In this document: positions 50,808 to 59,156 of the stretch, in pieces
How positions within the stretch are numbered: the first letter of the stretch is position 1
Layout of the letters: each line of letters starts with the position of its first letter
Assembly (NCBI GenBank): GCA_017625755.1
Contig: JAGAKG010000037.1
Coordinates: forward strand, 16,842-80,841
From: Clostridia bacterium
GTDB taxonomy: Bacteria > Bacillota > Clostridia > Oscillospirales > CAG-272
Length of the DNA: 64,000 nucleotides
Direction: 5' to 3'
Made by a program: the position numbers and the translations under genes
The notes under the pieces: generated by a model
What the model was told of the DNA's origin: nothing
Seen by the model: only the letters and a program-made list of their open reading frames with translations
Database searches by the model: none

Positions 50808-52211
50808 ATGGCAAAAGTTAAAATAACAGAAACAGTTCTCCGCGATTCGCACCAGTCGCTTATCGCAACGAGAATGACGACGGAAGAAATGCTTCCAATA
50901 ATAGATAAGCTTGACAAGGTGGGCTATCACTCCCTTGAGGCTTGGGGCGGAGCAACCTTTGACTCCTGCCTGCGCTTCCTCAACGAGGACCCGTGGGATA
51001 GACTCCGCAAGATCCGCGAGAGCGCAAAGAACACTAAGCTCCAGATGCTTTTCAGAGGACAGAATATCCTCGGCTACCGTCACTATTCCGACGATGTCGT
51101 TGAATATTTCGTTCAGAAGTCGATAGCAAACGGTATTGATATTCTCAGAATATTCGACGCGCTCAACGATGCCCGTAACCTTGAAACTGCTATCAAGGCA
51201 ACCATTAAGGAGAACGGTCATGTTCAGGCGGCTATCTGCTATACAACAGACCCCGAGAACAAGATATATACCACAGAGTATTTCACAAATTACGCAAAGA
51301 CTCTCGAGAATATGGGCGCTCATTCTATCTGTATCAAGGATATGTCGGGACTTCTGAAGCCCTACGACGCATATGAGCTTGTCAAGGCGCTCAAGGAGAC
51401 GGTAAATGTTCCGATACAGCTCCACACCCACTACACCTCGGGACTTGCTTCCATGACCCTTCTCAAGGCGATAGAGGCAGGAGTTGATGTAGTAGACACA
51501 GCTATTTCTCCTATGGCAATGGGAACATCTCAGCCCCCCACGGAGTCGCTTGTCGCAACTCTTGCGGGAACAGAGTACGATACGGGTATCGACCTCGCTC
51601 AGCTTGACGAGATAACCAAGTATTTCACACCTCTGCGTGAGAAGTACCTCGCATCGGGACAGCTTGACCCCAAGATGCTCAAGGTCGATGTAAACGCGCT
51701 TATCTATCAGGTTCCGGGAGGAATGCTTTCCAACCTCGTTTCTCAGCTGAAGCAGGCAGGCAAGTCGGATAAGCTTATAGATGTGCTTGAGGAGGTTCCG
51801 AGAGTAAGAGCAGATTCGGGATATGCGCCTCTGGTAACACCCTCGTCGCAGATAGTCGGAACACAGGCTGTGTTCAATGTTATCGGCGGAGAGAGATATA
51901 AGATGGTAACTAAGGAATTCAAGGGACTCGTTCAGGGACAGTACGGTAAGACCCCCGTTGAGATAGATCCCGAATTCGTACAGAAGATAATCGGAGATAC
52001 CGAGAGAATCACCTGTCGTCCCGCTGATAAGCTCGCTCCCGAGCTTGACGAGCTGAGAGCAAAGATACCGCAGTATCTTGAGCAGGACGAGGATGTGCTT
52101 TCCTACGCTTTGTTCGAGCAGGTCGCGCTCAAATTCTTTGAATACAGAAAAGCAAAGAAGTACGGACTTGATTCTGAGGCGGATGCCGCTCTCGGCATTC
52201 ACAACGCTTAA
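50808..52211 (+). CDS. Oxaloacetate decarboxylase alpha / transcarboxylase 5S-type carboxyltransferase, without a biotinyl domain
   Basis: KITETVLRDSHQSL, ICIKDMSGLL, QLHTHYTSG. It ends at 467 aa with no AMKM domain. Confidence 0.9.
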   Translation: MAKVKITETVLRDSHQSLIATRMTTEEMLPIIDKLDKVGYHSLEAWGGATFDSCLRFLNEDPWDRLRKIRESAKNTKLQMLFRGQNILGYRHYSDDVVEYFVQKSIANGIDILRIFDALNDARNLETAIKATIKENGHVQAAICYTTDPENKIYTTEYFTNYAKTLENMGAHSICIKDMSGLLKPYDAYELVKALKETVNVPIQLHTHYTSGLASMTLLKAIEAGVDVVDTAISPMAMGTSQPPTESLVATLAGTEYDTGIDLAQLDEITKYFTPLREKYLASGQLDPKMLKVDVNALIYQVPGGMLSNLVSQLKQAGKSDKLIDVLEEVPRVRADSGYAPLVTPSSQIVGTQAVFNVIGGERYKMVTKEFKGLVQGQYGKTPVEIDPEFVQKIIGDTERITCRPADKLAPELDELRAKIPQYLEQDEDVLSYALFEQVALKFFEYRKAKKYGLDSEADAALGIHNA

Positions 52212-52295
52212 ATAATTAAACTCGAAGCTGTGTTTGCGACCGCAAACACAGCTTTGGGTGCGTTTTGGAGTATTTATCGTAAATGGAGGATAGTT

Positions 52296-53639
52296 ATGGC
52301 TCGTGATTTGACGGTCGGAAAGCCGTCGAGCGTTCTGCTTAAATTTTGCCTGCCGCTTTTGGGAAGCATTATATTTCAACAGCTATACAATATAGCCGAT
52401 AGCTTCGTCGCGGGTAAGTTTATCGGAGAGAACGCTCTGGCGGCAGTTGGAAACAGCTACGAGATAACTCTTTTGTTTATCGCGTTTGCCTTCGGTTGTA
52501 ATATAGGTTGCTCGGTTATAGTTTCAAGACTTTTCGGGGCTAAGAAATATAATGACCTCAAGACCGCGGTTTATACGACGCTTATATCGAGCGCGGTGAT
52601 TTGCGCCGTTCTCGTGGCGGTCGGATATTTCTTCGGTAGCTCCTTGCTTTCGCTTATAAACACCCCCGAAAATGTCTTTGCGGATTCCTTGCTGTATCTG
52701 AAGATATATGTTCTGGGCTTTCCTTTCGTGCTTTACTATAATGTCTCCACGGGAGTTTTCTCTGCGCTTGGAGATTCCAAGACACCCTTCGTTTTTCTCG
52801 CTTGCTCGTCTGTCGCAAATATTGCGACGGATATACTCTTTGTCACCGCATTTGATATGGGCGTGGCGGGAGTTGCCTGGGCAACCTTTATATGTCAGGG
52901 CGTGAGCTGCGTGTTGGCGGTGATCTTTGTTATGAGAGCACTCTCCAAAATAAAGACAGAGGGAAGGGTACGCCCCTTTTCCTTCCACCTACTCGGGCAG
53001 ATATCGGCTGTTGCCGTGCCGAGTATACTCCAACAGAGCTGTGTTTCGGTTGGAAATATAGTTATTCAGGGAATAATCAATTCCTTCGGCTCGGGCGTTA
53101 TGGCGGGATATTCGGCGGCGATAAAGCTTAATAACCTCGTTATCACATCATTTTCTGCGGTCGGAAACGGAATGTCGAATTACTCGGCTCAGAATCTCGG
53201 AGCGGGAAAGAAGGAGAGGATCAAGAGCGGAGTTGGCTCGGGATTTCGAATGGTCTGGGTGCTGTGCGTGCCGCTTGTCATACTCTATTTCTTCTTTGGA
53301 AAATACCTGATATACGCCTTTCTCGACACTCCGAGTGAGGCGGCGATGTCAACGGGAACAGATATACTCAGAATACTCTCGCCCTTTTATTTCTTCATAT
53401 CCATGAAGCTGGTCTGCGACGGTGTTTTGCGAGGAGTCGGACGAATGAGGGATTTCGTTATAGCCACATTTACAGACCTCGTTCTTCGCGTGGCGCTCGC
53501 AAAGATACTTTCGGACTTTTTCGGCTCTGTCGGAATATGGCTTGCGTGGCCTATCGGCTGGATCATCGCAACGGCAATGTCGATAATCTTCTGCCGCAGG
53601 TGGATAAAAAAGAAGGAGCTTTCGTCACAGAGCCTATAA
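52296..53639 (+). CDS. MATE-family efflux transporter
   Basis: ATG 52296 after a GGAGGA SD. LKFCLPLLGSIIFQQLYNIADSFVAGKFIGENALAAVG and 12 TM segments. Confidence 0.9.
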   Translation: MARDLTVGKPSSVLLKFCLPLLGSIIFQQLYNIADSFVAGKFIGENALAAVGNSYEITLLFIAFAFGCNIGCSVIVSRLFGAKKYNDLKTAVYTTLISSAVICAVLVAVGYFFGSSLLSLINTPENVFADSLLYLKIYVLGFPFVLYYNVSTGVFSALGDSKTPFVFLACSSVANIATDILFVTAFDMGVAGVAWATFICQGVSCVLAVIFVMRALSKIKTEGRVRPFSFHLLGQISAVAVPSILQQSCVSVGNIVIQGIINSFGSGVMAGYSAAIKLNNLVITSFSAVGNGMSNYSAQNLGAGKKERIKSGVGSGFRMVWVLCVPLVILYFFFGKYLIYAFLDTPSEAAMSTGTDILRILSPFYFFISMKLVCDGVLRGVGRMRDFVIATFTDLVLRVALAKILSDFFGSVGIWLAWPIGWIIATAMSIIFCRRWIKKKELSSQSL

Positions 53640-53717
53640 AAGCTCAATCAATTTTATGATTGACAACACCTTGTAAGCGTATTATAATTGAGATAATTAC
53701 AAAAGAGGAGAATGCTT

Positions 53718-54245
53718 ATGAATTTCAGAGAGATTGCAGAGGCGCGTCAGTCCTGCAGAAAATACGACGCTTCAAGAGAAGTCGAGTCGGAAAAGCTCGC
53801 GGCGGTGCTGGAGAGCGCGATACTCGCACCGTCTGCCTGCAACGGTCAGCCCTATCACTTTACCGTTTGCCGTGGAGAGACGGCAAAGGCGGTGGCGCGT
53901 GAGGTCACGGGAATGGGAATGAACAAATTCGCGGCGGACGCTCCTGTTATGATAGTTATTTCCGAGGAGGATTATGTAAAATCGGCTGCGCTCGGAGCGA
54001 GAGTGAAGAAGAACGATTATCGCTCGATGGATATCGGAATTGCGGTGGCGTATCTTACCGCCGAGGCAGCGGCGCAGGGACTTGGCACCTGTATCCTCGG
54101 TTGGTTCGACGACGAAAAGATACGGAAGATATGCGGACTTGATAAGCCCGTCCGCCTCGTTGTTACTCTCGGATATCCCGCGGAGGGAGATAAGCTCAGA
54201 GAGAAGAAGCGCAAGGCGTTCGAGGAAATTGTGAGTGAAAAATAA
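53718..54245 (+). CDS. Nitroreductase-family protein
   Basis: RQSCRKYD, APSACNGQPY, and 175 aa. ATG 53718 is preferred over 53712 on SD spacing. Confidence 0.85.
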   Translation: MNFREIAEARQSCRKYDASREVESEKLAAVLESAILAPSACNGQPYHFTVCRGETAKAVAREVTGMGMNKFAADAPVMIVISEEDYVKSAALGARVKKNDYRSMDIGIAVAYLTAEAAAQGLGTCILGWFDDEKIRKICGLDKPVRLVVTLGYPAEGDKLREKKRKAFEEIVSEK

Positions 54246-54434
54246 TATAAATAAAAGGGTGTCGGACATTTTTTGACCGATACCCCTTTGCTTTGCATAA
54301 AAAAGGGCGTTTTTTACACGCCCATAAATCCATTATAGCACAGGAAAACTCGTTTGTAAAGAAAAAGTTGTGACAAATTGCAAATTTCTGCGTAATAACC
54401 AAAAAATAATTGTAAACTTTTAACAATTTGTCAA

Positions 54435-54463
54435 TTGCAAAAGCCTATAAGATGTGGTAGAAT
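54435..54463 (+). promoter_or_regulatory. Strong candidate sigma-A promoter with an extended -10
   Basis: TTGCAA (54435-40), 17-nt spacer, TGg-TAGAAT (54455-63). Confidence 0.6.
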
Positions 54464-54469
54464 ATAGGT

Positions 54470-55096
54470 GAAGAAAGGAAGGTACACTCCAATGGCAAAG
54501 TAAGAGCTTCTTCATTCAAGGGTAAAAGAAAATTGAATATCCACCATACCCGTTGAACGGATATAGGAAAGGAACAGTCCTATGAAAAACAAATTTTTCT
54601 GCTTTAACAAAAACAAAGAAGATTAAGGATGGGCTACTCCAATGAGACATTAAGTTTTGAATTTACCGTGTGAAAGTTTTAAAGTTTGAAAGGAAGAAAG
54701 ACGCCAATGGCGATATGAACCCAAATTTCTATGCAAGGGAATCTGAAAAAAACAGAATACGAGATGGTTTGAACGGGAGTCAGGAGAGAAAAACACGGCG
54801 GTGTTACGCGTTAATATAGATTTGGTGCAGGTGTGAGAGAGGTTCAAGCCGATAAAAAATCACAGATTCTTTGCAAAAAGGCTTCATTTGAAGCAAATTC
54901 GCCTTTTGCAGTACGATATGCATAAAAACAAGAGGAGTTCTCCATAGAGAATAAGAGTTGATTGTGTTTTAAGATGTGTTGAGATAGCGAAAGGTAGACG
55001 AAGAAAGAGAGGATAACAAAAGATGTTAGATATCAAGAGTGAACAGAAATAACCCTTGGTTGTGCGTATGTGCAATCAAGGGTTATTTCTTTTTTC
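54470..55096 (+). ncRNA. Candidate ~630-nt non-coding (or mini-ORF-bearing) transcript of unknown class
   Basis: It is bounded by the promoter above and the terminator at 55047-55096. There is no plus-strand ORF of 60 codons or more. It is purine-rich with many GGA motifs and three SD + ATG + two-codon modules. Confidence 0.45.
55047..55096 (+). terminator. Intrinsic terminator
   Basis: 12-bp stem AAATAACCCTTG (55047-58) / CAAGGGTTATTT (55077-88) followed by CTTTTTTCTC. Confidence 0.8.
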
Positions 55097-55185
55097 TCTA
55101 AAAAATGGGGCTGCCTAATTTTGATGCAGAAGTCGCGCTTTGGTTCTCGTCGCTGTACTTTGTAGTGCAGAGAGCCAAAGGACAG

Positions 55186-55230
55186 CTAAAAAACCGCTTT
55201 CATTATCATTTTTAGATAACAAAAGCGGTT
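55186..55230 (-). terminator. Probable terminator of the GH2 gene
   Basis: Stem AACCGCTTT (55192-200) / AAAGCGGTT (55222-30) with a 21-nt loop. The minus-strand tail is TTTTTTA. Confidence 0.5.
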
Positions 55231-55280
55231 CTTTTTATTTATTTAGCGTGTTTTTGTTCTGCACTAAAGTAAGCAGCCCC

Positions 55281-57521
55281 TTACTTAGCAACCGACATAC
55301 CATAAAGCAGCAAAGCTCTTTCGGGCATAGCGCTTTCAATAGTCACGCTTGTGAGCGCGGTATCCTTCTTGAGAGCTACCGAAAGCGTGTAAATTCTGTA
55401 ATTCTCATAGTTCTTGTCGTAAGAGAAGGTAACAGCGTTCGTGAGCGCAGGCGACATCGGGTTGATAACAGACGCCGCGTATGTGGTAACGACGGTGAGC
55501 AGCTCGATACCGTTTCTCAGAGGAACTATCTGCTCGCTTCCGTCAGAGTATCTCAGCGTCATATTTGCGCAGACCTCTCCAAACTCGCCGTAGATAGGCT
55601 GTCCGAGGCAGTAAAGCGCGTTTCCTAGGACAACCAGCTTATCTCCCGTAACCTCTGTGTTTACCGTGTATGAGGGGAAGTTTTCGCTGATTACGACAGG
55701 CTTCTTGAGGGAATTGAACTTGAGGTTTCCAATAGATGAAGCGCTCTCGGGAAGTCTTGGTCCCTTGGCAATTCTGCGGTACTTGCGGTGATAGAATATT
55801 CCGCGGCTCGCCTTGGAATCCTCGGTTGCGAGTCTCCAAGCCTCTTTCTGCTCCTCGCAGTCGGGATATTCGAGCGCGATAGCCTCGGAATTGAGGACAT
55901 TCGTTGCTGCAGTCGTGTGAACTATCATCTCCGAGGGAGCTGTGGGCTTCGTGTTAAGCTCTCTGATAAATTTCTGATATGCGTAGTAATTTATCTTAGG
56001 CTTGCGGTCGACAGTAACGAGACCCTCGTTCTGTATACCGTCAACGCAGCAGTCGGAATCACGGTTGAACTCATACATATCTGCAAACGCCCAATAGAAC
56101 ATACCCGCAAGCATATCCTTGTCACGCGCCGCCTTCATTTTGTTGCAGAATTTTGTGAAGCAGGCAGGGTTGTCGGTAACATGCCAGCCCCCCCACTCCG
56201 AAAGTATCAGGGGCTTGCCAACAAATGACTTAAATACATTGTCAAGCGTCTGCGGACCGGGAGTTTTGTTCTGTGAGCCTCTGGTGACATGGTATACACC
56301 GGGACCGTAGGGGTGGAATGTGTAGAAATCTATGTTAGCCTTGTCGAACATCTCAATAGTCATTTCGGCGCACATACAATTAGCGCCCGAAACATATCTG
56401 TCGGGGTCAAGACGGCGTGTCGTTTCGACCGACGCGTTGAGGAATTCCTGCGTGAAGATACACTCGTTAAAGCTCATCCAGAAAGCAACGCAAGCGTGGC
56501 TGCGGTCACGGTGAATTGTTCTTGAAAGCACCTCAATAGCGCCCTCGGAGATAGTGGGATTACTCATATCCGACCACCACAGTCCCGACTCCTCGCTTAT
56601 AAAGAGTCCGAGACGGTCTGCCATCTCAACAACTCTCTTGTCGTGAGGGTAGTGAACGAGTCTTACGAAGTTTGCTCCAAGCTCCTTTATCATACGAAGG
56701 TCGCGCTCGATATCGGCATCGGGGAGGGTCTGTCCCTGCTCGAGAGAGCCGAGGTCGTGACGGCAGATGCCGACGAAGAAGAATGGCTCGCCGTTGAGAT
56801 AGAACTTCTTGCTATCCATCTTCAGCTCTCTGAAGCCGACCTTCATCGTGTATTCATCAATAGGCGCTCCGTTCTTTACGAGAAGCACCCTCAGGTCATA
56901 AAGATTAGGTGTGTTCGGCGTCCAGAGCTTTGGGGAAACAAGCGAAAAAGCAAGCTTTTCTGCCGCCCCCTTGGAGGACGCGACGACCTCACCACCGTCC
57001 AAAAGCTCAACTCGCGCAGTAATACCGTCAAGCGAGCCGTCGCAGGTCAGCTCAACGGAAGCATCTGCCCTTGTGAAGCCCTCTGAGAGCGATTGTCTGA
57101 ACCATATCTCGGAGATAAAAGTTTCAGAGCATATCTCAAGATATATCGCGCGGATAATACCGCCGTAGCAGCACCAACCGTCAACAGGACCGTATGGAGC
57201 GGTGATGTCTTCAACGAATACCTGAAGCTTGTTGCTTTCCTCAAGGTATTCGGTTATGTCAAACGAATAATGACAGTAGGGAAGGGGCGAGCCGAGAAGA
57301 TGCCCGTTTATATAAAGGTCGCCCTTGTAGTTGATACCCTCTGTTGTGAGAATAACTCGCTTTCCCGCGGGAACCGAGAGCTTGAACTCTCTGAGATATT
57401 CTGATTTTCCCGAGCAGAAGTATGAGCCAGGGACCGTACGGGTGGTGTAATCCCCGCCGTTTATGCGGAATTTCCAATCTCCGCCGAGGTCAATTCTTTC
57501 TCTGAGTTGATTTTGCTTCAT
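55281..57521 (-). CDS. Glycoside hydrolase family 2 enzyme
   Basis: 746 aa. Sugar-binding N-domain, TIM barrel with NFVRLVHYP, acid/base WMSFNE, nucleophile region ILSEWGGW. Confidence 0.85.
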   Translation of the reverse strand: MKQNQLRERIDLGGDWKFRINGGDYTTRTVPGSYFCSGKSEYLREFKLSVPAGKRVILTTEGINYKGDLYINGHLLGSPLPYCHYSFDITEYLEESNKLQVFVEDITAPYGPVDGWCCYGGIIRAIYLEICSETFISEIWFRQSLSEGFTRADASVELTCDGSLDGITARVELLDGGEVVASSKGAAEKLAFSLVSPKLWTPNTPNLYDLRVLLVKNGAPIDEYTMKVGFRELKMDSKKFYLNGEPFFFVGICRHDLGSLEQGQTLPDADIERDLRMIKELGANFVRLVHYPHDKRVVEMADRLGLFISEESGLWWSDMSNPTISEGAIEVLSRTIHRDRSHACVAFWMSFNECIFTQEFLNASVETTRRLDPDRYVSGANCMCAEMTIEMFDKANIDFYTFHPYGPGVYHVTRGSQNKTPGPQTLDNVFKSFVGKPLILSEWGGWHVTDNPACFTKFCNKMKAARDKDMLAGMFYWAFADMYEFNRDSDCCVDGIQNEGLVTVDRKPKINYYAYQKFIRELNTKPTAPSEMIVHTTAATNVLNSEAIALEYPDCEEQKEAWRLATEDSKASRGIFYHRKYRRIAKGPRLPESASSIGNLKFNSLKKPVVISENFPSYTVNTEVTGDKLVVLGNALYCLGQPIYGEFGEVCANMTLRYSDGSEQIVPLRNGIELLTVVTTYAASVINPMSPALTNAVTFSYDKNYENYRIYTLSVALKKDTALTSVTIESAMPERALLLYGMSVAK

Positions 57522-57578
57522 AGTTTTTTCCTCCGTTAGTATGAAAGCATTTTATTATAACCCAACGCGCCGTTGGTA

Positions 57579-58754
57579 TTATTCAAAGTTCATAGAGTTG
57601 ATAACGATATCCGAAACCGCGAGTGCCGCGCCGAGAGCGGGGGCGTTGAGGTCAAGCGCGGAATAGCGTACATTTATTGGCGAGCTTTTGTAGAATATAT
57701 GCTTTTGCAGATGCTCTACCATTTCGTTGCCGAAAAGGTCCTTGAATTGGATCATCGCGCCGTAAAGCACGAATGTGTCTATCGGAAGAATGTTCGCAAG
57801 CGTGCTAAGAGCAATTCCGAGATATTTGCTCATATCCTTGAAAAGTGAAACGCATATTTCGTTGCCCTCGACCGCCATCAGAGCAAGCGCCTTGAAATCT
57901 ATGTTCGGGTCGTATGGCGAGCCCGAAAGCTCGTAATATCTTCTCAGTATACCGTCGACAGAGGCATACATTTTAAGACAGCCGCGGTTTCCGCACCTAC
58001 ATATGGGACCGTCGCTGTTGACGCAGATGTGACCAAGCTCACTTATATATCCGTTCGTGCTTATCACTCCGTCTATCGCGAGTGAAAGACCGATACCCTT
58101 GTCGAGACGGAGCAGGGCAATATTGTTGATGTCCGGCTCCTTCTGGAACTCAAGCATCTTTTCTGCGACCATAATGCAGTCGGGGTCGTGCATAATAAAT
58201 GTTTTTATGTCGAATTTCTTTTCGATAAGCTCGGTAAGGCGGACATTTTCCCACTCGCTTACCTGAGGGAGATATACCGAAATTCCGTGCTCGGTATCAA
58301 CTATACCCTGAACGGCGATGCCTATTCCTATGACATTGCCCTTTTCGTCGAAATCTATCAGCTCTGATATAGCGGTGAAGAGAGTTTCGATTACATTATT
58401 GTATGTCAGCATAGTGAGAGGGTGGAAGGTCTGCTTGAGAATACCGTAGCGCAGGTCGGTCAGTACCGCGGTGATACCCATAATGTTGAGGTCGACGCCT
58501 ATGATATGGTTTATCTTTGTGTTCAGCGCGTAATAAACGGCTCTGCGACCGACGCTGCCCGTGGACTTTCCCGAGGGAACTATGAGTCCGAGCCTTTCAA
58601 GCTCGTCTACCATAGTGCATACCGAGCCCCAGCTGAGCATCGTTTTTGCCTGAATGTCGCGCTTTGACATGGGGCCATACTTGTGGATAGCAAGAATGAC
58701 TGTGTGCAAATTGTTCTGCCGTATTGATGCGGTGGTGATTATCTTTTTTGTCAT
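57579..58754 (-). CDS. ROK-family transcriptional regulator
   Basis: N-terminal wHTH (MSKRDIQAKTMLSWGSVCTMVDELERLGLI) and the ROK Zn motif CRCGNRGCLKMY. Confidence 0.9.
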   Translation of the reverse strand: MTKKIITTASIRQNNLHTVILAIHKYGPMSKRDIQAKTMLSWGSVCTMVDELERLGLIVPSGKSTGSVGRRAVYYALNTKINHIIGVDLNIMGITAVLTDLRYGILKQTFHPLTMLTYNNVIETLFTAISELIDFDEKGNVIGIGIAVQGIVDTEHGISVYLPQVSEWENVRLTELIEKKFDIKTFIMHDPDCIMVAEKMLEFQKEPDINNIALLRLDKGIGLSLAIDGVISTNGYISELGHICVNSDGPICRCGNRGCLKMYASVDGILRRYYELSGSPYDPNIDFKALALMAVEGNEICVSLFKDMSKYLGIALSTLANILPIDTFVLYGAMIQFKDLFGNEMVEHLQKHIFYKSSPINVRYSALDLNAPALGAALAVSDIVINSMNFE

Positions 58755-58806
58755 AATATACCTCTAAATTTAAAACTGTGTTTTTTGTATCCTCGTGGAT
58801 ATACCG

Positions 58807-58828
58807 TTATGTGAAATATATCACATAA
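58807..58828. promoter_or_regulatory. Palindrome TTATGTGA-N6-TCACATAA (candidate operator)
   Basis: Perfect 8-bp arms in the divergent ROK / lipoprotein intergenic region. Confidence 0.3.
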
Positions 58829-59006
58829 TGATAAAATTGTCAATGATTTTTATCAAAAAACTCAAAAAAACATTTTTTTAATATATCATTTTGCGTTTTT
58901 AAAGTTGAATTTGATATAATAGTTGGTTTTGCACGAACGACTTTTCCTAAAAAAGAGACTGGATTTTGTGAAATGCTCCAAAAAAGCTCAAAGATTGAAA
59001 ATGTTA

Positions 59007-59035
59007 TTGTGTTTGTTTTGCATATGTGATATAAT
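59007..59035 (+). promoter_or_regulatory. Candidate promoter for the lipoprotein operon
   Basis: TTGTGT (59007-12), 17 nt, TGa-TATAAT (59027-35). Confidence 0.4.
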
Positions 59036-59156
59036 ATAGCCGAGGACTGTTGGTTATTTGTCCGTTTTTAACGCCTTAATAATATCAATTCTTGATACAA
59101 TTGAGATTAATTTACAGCGTTACTTACAAATTCTAAAAAAGGAGAGTGATGGAATT

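Noticed and set aside
50787-52379. 530-aa minus-strand ORF
   Set aside because: It is fully antisense to the well-supported OadA-type carboxyltransferase gene. It is Leu/Arg/Ser-rich with no motif.
54650-55075. Two minus-strand ORFs (65 and 63 aa) inside the candidate ncRNA region
   Set aside because: They have no SD, an odd composition and no family resemblance. They lie antisense to the promoter/terminator-defined unit. They are kept only as an alternative to be excluded by Ribo-seq.
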